Source of the DNA: Blastocladiella emersonii ATCC 22665
Lineage: Eukaryota > Fungi > Blastocladiomycota
DNA: 64,000 nt
Direction: 5' to 3'
Assembly (NCBI GenBank): GCA_025594325.1
Contig: JANHCV010000001.1
Location: 3,658,001-3,722,000, forward strand
Shown piece by piece: positions 10,447 through 21,200 of the stretch. The notes under the pieces are model-generated. The model had not been told where the DNA came from and searched no databases. It saw only the letters and a list, made by a program, of their open reading frames with translations. The position numbers and the translations under genes were made by a program. Every line of letters begins with the position of its first letter. Position 1 is the first letter of the stretch.

Positions 10447-13400
10447 CTAAGCTAACGGAGGCGCCCTTGGCCCACCGGGCCCGGCCGCCGCGTACTTGAG
10501 CTGGTCGATGGCGTTGGTGATATAGTTGACCCACCGCTGGCGCTGCTCGTCGGTGGCGACCGAGAAGGTGAGCGTGGACCGGCGCGGGACGCCCGAGTCC
10601 GGTGGCGCCGTGGCGGCGGCGCGGTTGGGCACCTCAATCGCGAACGTGTGCTTCATGTACGGCGGCTCGACCGTGACCGTGACGGGCAGCACGTAGTCGT
10701 AGTGCGCGGCCGTGGGCCCGCCGGGCAGAAAGTACAGGCGGTGCCGGCCGAGCGCGGTGCCCGTGATGCGCACGTACTGGATGGGCGACTTGGCAAACGC
10801 CAAAACCGGCGGCTCGACGCGGATCGCGGGCGTCGACACGATGCGCAGCGTGAACGCGTCGTCGACGGCCGGGATCGCCACGCGCAGCCACTCGGACGGC
10901 TCGTTGAGCGTCAGGAACGTCGGGATCGAGTTCACGTCCACCTGCACGCGGTGCTGGCTGTCGGACGCCATGGCGAGCTTCTCGCCCTGCACCGACTGGT
11001 AGATGGACTGCAGCTGGCCCGCGGCCACGTCCGGGTGCGCCGCCACGAAGTCGCGCATCCCGAGCGGCGCGGTCCCGCTGATCCCCGTCGCGCCGTGCAT
11101 GTCGGCGTTGAGCATGATGGTCGCGAACACGAGGTTGATGGCGGCGTCGTCGGTCGAAAACTTGTCGGGGTTGCTGCGAAGGAACCGGATCGCAAACGCC
11201 GTGAGCACGCGGTCGATCGCGGGCCCGTCGTTGGTCAGCCGCACCGACGACAGGTACAGGCGCAGGGCGTCCTCGAACGGGAGGCCCGTGAACACGGGGC
11301 CGAACCAGTCGGCGTACGCGTGCGCGACGCGCTCGTTCTCGGGCGCGCCAATGTACTTTCCAACCTGGCGCCGCGACAGGTTCGGCGTCTTGTGCAGGAA
11401 CGACGCAATGTTGCTGGGCGTCGTGTCAAGCACCTTCTTGAGCACCAGGTACTCGACGGCGAGCCCCGGGTTCGCGTTGAACTTGTTGACGGCCTGCGCG
11501 ACTACGGGCCGCAGCCGCAGCGCGGACCGCTGGCGGTCGCGCGTCGGGCGCACCGTCAGCGTGCGCAGGTCCAGCAGGTTGCGCACCTCGAACTTGTTGG
11601 GCGGCACCTCCTTGGCAATCACCAGCACGTCGTGGAACAGCAGCAGGCTGCGCACCTTGACCTCGCCCGCGTGCACCACCTCCCACACGGACCCCTGGCA
11701 GATGAACCGGCGCGTCGACGACTCGAGCGCCGCGATGTCGACGGCCTGGTTGAGGTTGCGCCGCATCGTCGCGGTACCGAACCCGAGGTCCGCGTCCTGG
11801 CCCTCGACGACCGACGGCACGAGGTAGCTCGGCACGCGGCCCGCGAACCCGCCGGCGCCCGGCTTGGTCCGCTTGGCCTCCATGTCCTTGAGCATGTCCT
11901 CGAGCACCTCGAGCGCGCGCCGCAGCGTCGGCATCGTGTTGACGGCGTCGCCGCCGACCGCCAGGATCTCGGACAGCTTGCTCGTGTAGGTCGCGAGGTG
12001 CGACCCGGCGCGGTACAGGTACGACTCGAGCGACATGCCGTGCGCCTTGGGCCACAGGAGGAAGTCGTTGAGCATGTGGTGCAGCAGCGGCCGCTGCTCG
12101 CGCGACTCGAGCAGGTCGAGCAGCGCGCTGTTGTTGAGGTAGTAGATCTCGTACTCGCGCAGGAAATCGCTCGCGTACGACAGCAGCAGGTGCGCCACGG
12201 CCTCGACGGGACCGCTGTTGCTTGCGCGGTTCGCGCCACCTGCCGCTGCGGTCCCACGGACCGCCTGCTGCAGCTTCGGGACGAGCGACGTGTGCAGCTC
12301 GAGCAGCGCGGCCGCGTTGCAGAACAGCGTGCGCTGCTCGGACGACGTGAGGACGACGGGCTTCTTGTTGAGGATCGCCTGCCAGTCGACGATGATCTGC
12401 AGGTCCTGCAGGAACAGCTCCTCCTGCTCGAGCAGCGCGTTCAAGATGCCCGACACCTGGGCCGACGGCACGTGGCTGTTGTTGCCCTGCACCTCGTGCG
12501 GCGCGAAACCGCCGACCGACTCGGCGTCGGACCCGAGCCGCTCGCGGTTGCCGAACCGCGCCACAGGCCCGTTCGCCATGGCCATGGACGTGGGCGGGGA
12601 CGGTCCGTTGCGCGCGCGCATCGGCGGCGGCGGACCGCCAGCACCACCCGGGATCCCCGGGCTCCGCGCCGACTCGGGGTGCATCGGGCGCTGCGCGGCC
12701 GTCGGGAACGTGTTCGACCGCTCGCGGCCCGCCTGCTGTTGCTGCTGCTGCGGCTGCGACGACGGGAACGGCTGCGGCTGCATGGGCGAGCGGGCGCCAC
12801 CCGACCCGCGCGAGCCGGGCGCGCCAAAGTTGGGCGCCATGGGGCTCGTGGCGCCGCCGAGGCTCTGGTACACGGACGCAGTCTGGTCCTGGACGTACGT
12901 GAACCGCTGGGCCTCGGGCGGTTTCACGAACCCGAGCTGCGCGGGGACGGCGCGCGGGGCGACCCAGGGCCCATCAAAGTAGCCCGGCGGTGGACGCGGC
13001 GGCGAAGGCCCGTTCCACCCGCCGCCGCGTTTCCGCGCGGCCGCGTCAAACGCGATCAGCGTGCGGACGAGCGGACGCGGGTCGCCGTCGTCGACCATGA
13101 GATCGGTCAGCGGGAACGTGTCGTCGTCCTTGACGCCGACCATGCGGCAGCAGTCGAGGAAGAAGATGAGCTTGTGGATCGAGTACGACGGGTCGTGGTC
13201 CAAAAAGTCGCTCGGCGGCGGTTTCGCGATCAGCCGCTTGGCCAGCGCCGCGAGCATCCCTCCCGAACGCACCGCGGCCGCGAGCGACGGGAAGTCTTCG
13301 AGCGGTTCGCCCGACACCTGACACAGCCTAACGGTGGCGATTTCGGGTTAGCGATTTGGTGACGACGCGTTGGAAGCGACGCGATGCCGTACCATTGGTA

Positions 13401-14696
13401 GACCGACTGGCAGTACGGGTCCATGCGGAACTCGGGCACGGCATCGACCATGGCGCGGGCGGCCGCGAGGTTAAACCCGCGCGTGAGGGTGCCCGTGCGC
13501 GAGGCCTCGAGGTACTCGCCGACGCGCGTCGTCTCGTCGGACCGCAGCATCTGGTTGAGAATCTAGATTTCGGCGCACGTGTCAGTTCCGAGAACTCCAA
13601 CCACTCAATGCGCATTCGCACGCACCTTGGGATCCGTCGACTGGCGGTACGTCCGGGTGAGCGTGTCCATGTACTTGACGATCTCGGGCGGCGCCGTGGT
13701 CGGCTGCTGGTGATGCTGGTGCTGCTGGTGCGGCAATGGCCCGGGGCCGGGACCCGGACTGCCGCGAGGCTGCGCCTGCGGGACGGGGGATCGCTGCTGC
13801 GCGAGGGGCGACGGCTGCGGGCGGTGGTTCGCTGTCGGCGACGTGCCCGAGCGCGCGGCGGGGTGCTGCGCGGCAGGGTGGTGCCCGAGCTGCTGCGCCG
13901 GATGCACCACGCCGCCGCGCGCCTGCTGCGAGGGCGTCGGCGAGGGTGGCGGCGGGCGGCGCTCGCTCGCGGACCGCGCAATAGGCGGGGTCTCGACGGC
14001 GCGTCGCGGTGGAGGCGGTTGCTGCTGTTGGACGGGCTGCGGCGGTCCGACGAGCGACGAGGGACCCCGCTGCACCGGCTGCTGCGGCTGCTGTTGTTGA
14101 ACGACGGGCTGCGCGGCGGGCGGTTGCGGCGTGCGGTCGAGCGACTTGTTCTGGCGCTCGAGCGTCGCCTTGCGCAGCGTGTTGATGGACCGCTTGCGCT
14201 GGAGCGACCGCTGCGCATCGGCCTGCGGGTTCGCGTCGTCGGCGGAGGTCCCGTTCGGGCCCGGGAGCGGGAGCGACCCGGCACGCGGTCGCTGCAGGTC
14301 GTCGACGAGCGGTGCGGCGACACCGGGCGGCGTGGGCCCGCGCGAGTCGCCGCCGGCGGGCGCGCGTCCGGCTGCCGATGCAGACCGCGCGACGCCGAAA
14401 ATGTCCAGCTCGTCGAGCGGGACCGGGTTCATGTCGATGAGCTGGAAGCCGAGCTCCGTCAGGAAGACGCGGCCCTCACGGATCCCGTACTAGGCGCGGC
14501 GTGGGTCGGGGCGTCAGTGGACCGACACAGCGGCATGCCGGGCCACCCGGAAACGCACCTCGGTGGTGGGCAGCTGCAGGCGCTCAAGGTAGCGCGCGAC
14601 GCTCGGGGGCAGCTCGCGCTCGCTTCGTGGCGGATCGCGCATGAAGCGGTCCGCGAACTCGGCGAGCGTCAGCGAGTAGTCGAAGCGTCGTTCCAT
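10447..14696 (-). CDS. Multidomain GEF: myosin-converter-like N-terminus, Pro/Gln linker, CH, DH (RhoGEF), split PH containing a Sec7 (ArfGEF-like) domain and a beta-rich domain; exons 14696-14559, 14489-13626, 13562-13393, 13327-10447 (~1,350 aa)
   Basis: CH: QWLCQVSGEPL...AVRSGGML...FFLDCCRMVGV...VRTL. DH: ILNALLEQEELFLQDL...LFCNAAALLELH. PH: RRFICQG...LLLFHDVLVIAK. Sec7: KFNANPGLAVEYL...IASFL...LSRRQVGKYIG...EDALRLYL...IDRVLTAFAIRF...LVFATIMLNADMH. The exon joins keep the frame. Confidence 0.82.
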
Positions 14697-15067
14697 GGTG
14701 TTGATTCATAGAGGGGCGCTCGAAGGCGCGGTGTGCGAGGGGGCGGCGAAGAGCTGAGGGTCGCGCGCAGCCACACTCGAGAGCAAAAGAACTAGGCCGG
14801 AGTCGCGGGCAACACGGGGCCGCGCAGAGAGTCGGTCGCGTAGCAATGTGCGGCAAGTAGCACGGCGAGTTCGTCTTCGTGTATGGTGGTGCAGTGCAGA
14901 GAGGGGAGCGCCGAGGGGGGAGGGGATTCGCGGTGGCGGAGGCGGAGGCGAAGGCGAGAGCGCCGCTTCACGCTTCCCCGCATTTTTTGAACAGCGTGCG
15001 CCTGCGTACACCTGCCCACCCTCTCCTGATGAAATTCTCGAACAATGATGAAGTTCCATGTATAGCG

Positions 15068-17553
15068 TCACGATATATACTCTCCATGACCCGTTTCGGC
15101 CGGGAGCTCAAAGACCTGGGCCACGCGACCGCGGCCAGCCGCCGCGACGCGCCGCGCGGGGCCGACCCACACGGCAAGCGGGGGCTCCGCCGCGCCGGCC
15201 GTCGACGCGATCGTGTGCCAGCGCGTGAGCGGCAACGGCGTTGGAGACGAGGGGAGCTGCGACAGGAGGGACGGTGCGGCGCCGCGACGGTGGACGTCTG
15301 CGCAGACGGTCCAGGACTCGGCACCCGGCAACGCGGCCGTGCCGAAGCCGGGCTGTGAGCCCTGCGCGCGCGAAAAGACCAGCTCGGGAGCGGAGGTGGC
15401 CGTGTCCGTCTTGAGCGGGCGGTGGCACACCCACGCCGAAGTCGAGCCGTCAGCGTTGGCGATGGGGTGCTGAGGCGCAAGGCGAGCACCACGCGCGAAC
15501 CAGATCGACGCGCCGGGCTCGCGGCTCAGGTTCGGCTGGAGCTCGAGCATGACCACCTGGTCGGGCCACACGGACACGGACAGCGAGACGAGCACGCCCG
15601 AGTCGCCGCTCTCGGCCATAGCGCAGGATACCTCGTCCGAGTCGACGCCCTCGGCGAAAAGCACCGTGTCCGCGATCACGGCTGGCCGGGCGCCCAGCGG
15701 CGAGACTAGAGGCGATCGCGTGCTGCTCAGGAACGGAGACGAGAGCTGCGTCCACCCCTCGACGAGCTGGTCCGTGAAGAGGGACAGCGAGGGAAGCGAA
15801 GCCGCATCGCTGGACGAGAGCTGCATGGGCGCCGTGAGCGACTCGGCGAGCTGGGCGAGACTGGCTGCGCGGGCCCGCTGCGGGACTGGGTCAAGGAAAG
15901 TGCGCAGCGGGTACTGTCGCTGGCCGACGACCGTCTCGAGGAAGCGGAACACGGCCGAGGTCGAAAAGGGCCGGATCGGCGGCAGGTCGGCCTCGTCGTC
16001 GTGCTGTATCGGGCTCACCTCGACCAGCACGTTGCGGAGCCACGTACACCATTGGGTGAGCAAGGGCCGCGCGTCGGCCAGAGCACGGATTGCGGTATGG
16101 CAGGCCAGCGCTGCACGCGTCGCGACATCGGAAAGCGAAAGCCTTGAACCGGAGGAAAGCTGTACCGGTGCATGGACGAGGTTCACAGGCTGCTTGAGCG
16201 AGCTGCTGCACGCCGTAACGTTCGAAACGAAGCTCTGGAGCAGTGGGAGCACATTTTCGGTAAGCTTGCGCGATGCACCCTCCATGAATTCGTTTAAAGC
16301 CGTTTCGAGCTCGTCCAGAGTCTACATGGGACGAATCGTGTGAGCGCGGTTTACGAGAGGGCCGGTTTCTTCAGTCGATTCGTCCCGCGCACCTTCAAAG
16401 TAACCGAGTCGGTCGTGAACTCGCTCAGCGCCGACGTGATCTGCCCCGTGAGCACCGCCGTCATCATATCGCTGGCCGCGCTCCGACCGTCCGAGTCGAG
16501 CGCTTGCTCGAGGATCCCGTCGTAAGCCTTGATGAGCGAGTCCAGGCGTTCGGCCGCGGAAACGTACTCGCGCTCCAGCTGGCCCACGCAGTCCCGCAGC
16601 GCGGCGAGGTCGTGCTGCACCGCAACCTGCGCGTCGCGAATGCGGCAGTGGTCATAGAGAGCGTCAAGCACTCCGAAGCGAACAGTGATCAAGGCCAAGT
16701 CGGAGAGCCCGTACACGGCTTGGCTCGGTATCGCCGCAAGAATGTGGCACACCGAGTGCTGAGTGCTTGGAAGCATGCCGAGGACCACGCCTTCCTACAG
16801 AATCAAGTCGATGGGAATCAGCCCACCGAGGAGCAAGGATGTGGCGAGTGGCGAATGGTACTGCTGCAGGGGAGTGCCTCAGCTCGAACAGGTTGGTCGA
16901 TTCGGCAGCGAAAGCGTGCCCAAACCTAGGTCGACGCCAGATTAGCAACGCGAGGAGCATTGATTATGAACAGTGATCGCATACATGAGAGAGATAAGAC
17001 CTTCTTCGGAGGCAGCCACCTGGACGTGAGCCTTTGGCGCGGCGTCGCAAGCGGCCGTCGAATTGGCGGTCCATCGCTAACAGAAACGGTGAGATTCATG
17101 TGGAAACGCGTAAATAGTCTCGAATGAGCATACCGAGCTTATAAGAGACTCTCTCCACGACATTGACGGCGCGAGATTCACGGGCATCTCTAGCGGCCGC
17201 GGTGCGATGTGGGCCAAGTGAACCACGGATCGGTGCAGACCGCAGGCAGCGGGTTGATCATCGGCAGTCGACGTTCGAAGATCAAAGGCAACAAAAGAGT
17301 GCTCGCCGTGGCGAGCCAGCGCGATCACGAGCTGCCAGCCGTCGTGCGACCACGAAATGGCCGTGATGTGGTGCGGTTTGAACGAGTGGGCCCACAGCAT
17401 GATCCACTGCGCAAACCGGCCGACCCAGATGCCCGACTCCATGGCGACGGCGACCACGTCCATGGCCGGGTTGAACTCGACGAGCCGGAGTGGGTCGTGG
17501 AACTTGCTGGGCCCGTCGAACGGGACGAGCGCTTCACCCATGGATGAGATCAT
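15068..17553 (-). CDS. APC4: Anaphase-promoting complex subunit 4 (APC4), multi-exon
   Basis: N-terminal WD40-like LVEFNPAMDVVAVA...ITAISWSHDGWQLVIAL; helical Apc4 segment ASDMMTAVLTGQITSALSEFTTDSVTLK; C-terminal RRVAAAGRGRVAQVFEL. First intron 17133-17077; other junctions approximate. Confidence 0.75.
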
Positions 17554-18267
17554 GACATAAAAGCGTATTGCATCAGGTTACATGGAGGGCCGAGTGGGTG
17601 CATAGTGCAGGTCGCGAGCGGCGACCGCGCGACGGCCGATCGGCGGAGACGTCTCCGCGGCGGCGCGTGATGTCAGCTCCCAGGCGCGACGCGTCTCCCG
17701 CGCGTTTCAGGTCGCGTCGCGCGTGTCTCCTGCCGCCCGCCCACGCCCGCCGCTCAACCCGCCCGCTCCCGGCCTTCGTCTCTCGCATTCAGCACGCTCT
17801 GCCTCACTACCACGTCACTCGGAACTCCAAGTCCGAGCACGCAACAAGCTCGGCCGACACGCGTGTCTCGCGTGCGCGGCACCCACCCTGTACGCGACCT
17901 TGCTGGCACTGCCGCCGCGGCGCGTCGCGATCTCTCCGCTCACGCATCGGCTCCTCGTACCCGAACTCCATTGCACTCCTCGCTTGTATCCGCAACCCGT
18001 CGCAACACGCCGCGCGACCCTCCATCCTTGCCACCGCGGTCGCTGGCGACCCGACGCACCAGTCCATCTATCTCCCTCATTGCACTCCTTGCATACCACT
18101 CGGCATCCCCATTGCCCATCGCACTCTCTCCACGCGGCTGGCCCGCGTCACACTCGGCTCCTCGCTCGCTCGTCGCGGCGACACGAACCTGACCACGCAC
18201 CACCGCGACCTCTCGGCGCTCGCGCCGCTCCGCTCCCTGTTCTCTACCTGCCGCCGCCGCCGCAACC

Positions 18268-21200
18268 ATGTCGGAGAAGGAGCGGAAAGATAAGGACGAC
18301 GGGGAGACGCCGCAGCTGGTCGTCGACCCCCGTCTCGAGTTCTTCTGCGAGCCGCTCGTGCGCATCCTCAAGGTCAAGAGCGACAAGTGGAAGAAGACGA
18401 CTACGGTTCCCGAGTTCTGGTACGCCCGCCGCTCGCGGCCGATACGATGGCCACCGCGGAACTGACACGTCCCGTCCCGCGCCCGCCGTGTAGCGAGGTC
18501 ATGACCAAGTTCCTCGACGACCCGCTGATCGCGTGCCTGTTCTTCACGCTCAACGCGCGCGACGAGATCGTGCCCTTCATTGCCGGCTCGCCGTCGTTCC
18601 CGAACGTGCTCAAGAAGAAGGTCATCTACTTCCTCAAGCTGTCGATCCTCGCCGGCACCCCGCTCGAGGGCGCCATCAGCAAGGACCGCCTCGACAAGGA
18701 GTTTGTCATCGGCGACCTCGCCAGCAACCCGCTCGAGTTCCTCAGCACCATCCTCGAGGACGTGTACCTGCCGATTCTCAGCAACAAGAGCAACCTCGAG
18801 GGCTGGCCCGAGGTCGTGGCCAACGATGTTCTGCGCCTGCTTCGGAGCTGCCAGGGCAACGTGTTTGTCACCAACGGCCTCATCAAGGTACGCTATCGCG
18901 CTGCTGCTCGGTGTCACTCGCCCGGCCCACATCACTCACCGCGTCCATCTCGCACGATTCTAGGGCAAGACCATGCTCCCGCTGCCACAAGGCGCCGACT
19001 CGGACGCAACGCCGACCGAGGCCAAGGGCACGCTGCACGCGCTCGAGACGGCCGTCATGGACTGGTCGCACCAGGCCCAGAAGGTGCTCCAGTCGTCGTC
19101 GTCGACGCCGCTCGACGAGGGCAAGAACCCCGGCCCGTCGGTCGAGATCGAGTTCTGGCAGGCCCGCGCCGCCAACCTCAAGGGCATCCACGAGCAGCTG
19201 CACGGGTCCAAGATCTCCAAGATCGGCAAGCTCCTCAAGGAGACCCAGAGCAGCTACTACTCGGCCTTCACGGGCATTCTCGAGGACGTGACGCTCGGTA
19301 CGCATTCGCTTTCGTGAGCTTCGGCCATGGTCACCGCGCTAACTTTCGCAAATCATCGTAGCGCTCGACGAGGCCAGCGACATCTCGCTCTACCTCCAGA
19401 CGCTGCGGCCGCACGTCGAGAAGCTGTCGCAGGGCGGTGACCTCAACGAGCTGGTGCAGTGCATCGTGCCGCTTTTCCACACGATCCTGCTGATCTGGCA
19501 GAACTCGCAGCACTACAACACGTCGCAGCGGCTGACGGTGCTGCTGCGCGAGATCGCCAACGACATTGTCGAGCAGGCGCGCGGGTACATGTCCAACGAG
19601 CTGTTCGCCATTGACCCCGAGGAGGCCATGGAGAAGGTCCGCAACACGGCCAAGTTCTGCGACACGTTCCGCGAGGTGTTCCACGCGTACCGCGCGCGCG
19701 TCGCCGACTCGCCGCGCCCGTGGAACTTTGACGCCAAGATGGTGTTCGGCCGGCTCGACCGGTTCTCGGACCGCGTCCGCACCATTGGCGAGCTGTTCGA
19801 GACCATCATCGAGTTCATGCGCCTCGAGAAGATCGAGGTCGGCGGCACCAAGGGCAAGATCCTGTCGTCGCAGGTCGTGACCATCTTCAACGAGTTCTCC
19901 AACGCCATGATGACGTTCAAGAACATCAAGTACGACATCCTGTCCATCAGCCCCACGGCCGAGGCGCCGACCGACGAGGAGCGCAAGTTCTCGGACGACG
20001 TGCGCCGCCTGCACGAGATTGTCGAGGATCTCGACCGTCGCATCGGGTACGCTACTTTTAAGGAGTGATTGATGTATCACGACTAACCGCCGCTTCACCC
20101 TTTGTAGAACGATCCTGTGCCAGGCTTTCGACGACTGCTCGGGCATCACAGCGTGCTTCCGGCTGCTCGAGTCGTTCTCGGGCCTGCTCAACCGCAAGGT
20201 GATCCAGAACGATTTCGCCAACAAGTACCTCGAGCTGATCAAGCTCATGATCCAGGAGCTCGAGGACGTGGCCTTCATCTTCGCGTCGGGCAAGGACTGT
20301 CCGCCGATCCACTACAACCTCGCGCCCGTGACGGGCACGCTCATGTGGTGCCAGGAGCTACGCGAGCGCATCGACCGCGCCTTCTTCAAGCTGCAGTCGC
20401 TCAACCACCCGTCGTGGGAGTCGGAGGAGGCCAACCTGATGCGCGCCAAACACACGGCGCTCATGAAGGACATATCCGAGTTCGAGGAGGCCACCTTCAC
20501 CACGTGGACCTCGTCCATCATCGACGACTCGGAGGCCAACCTGTCCAAGCCGCTGCTCGTGCGCCTGCCCGACACGACGGGCAACGGCGGCAACCTGCAG
20601 GTCAACTTCGACCCCAAGGTCGTGGCGCTGCTGCGCGAGGTCAAGTACTTCGAGTCGTACCTCAAGAAGCCCGCCGGCAAGGCCGAGGAGGGCGGCGCGG
20701 CCGCGCTCGCGTTCCAGCTGCCCGACAAGGCCGAGAACATCTACAAGAACGGCGAGACGCTGCGCGCGTTTGTCGAGCAGCTCAACCACATCACGGGCCT
20801 GTACAACACGGTCATGGAGACGGCGCTCGAGGTCGAGCGGCCGCTGATCCAGGCCACGATCCAGGACATCGACGAGTTTGTCGACAGCGCGCTTTCGACG
20901 CTCAACTGGCGCAGCGAGGAGGTCGGGCCCTACGTCCGCGAGCTCGCCGGCAAGGTCACGACGCTGTCGCAGACGCTCAACCTCATCAAGTCCAACGTGG
21001 CGAAAATGATCGACATCATGAAGCAGTGGTGCAACAACCCGCTCATCGAGCGCAAGGACAACAAGAAGCCGCTCAACGTCGAGGAGGTGGCGCCCAAGCT
21101 CAAGGTCGCGTACGAGAACATCCGCCAGGACGGGCTGCGCATCGTCACGCTGCTCGAGGAGTCGCGCGTCGCGCTGGCCGCCGACAAGAACGCCGAGAGC

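Noticed and set aside
17568-18267. ORFs in the APC4/dynein divergent intergenic region
   Set aside because: No coding bias or domains; they fit a bidirectional promoter with 5' UTRs.
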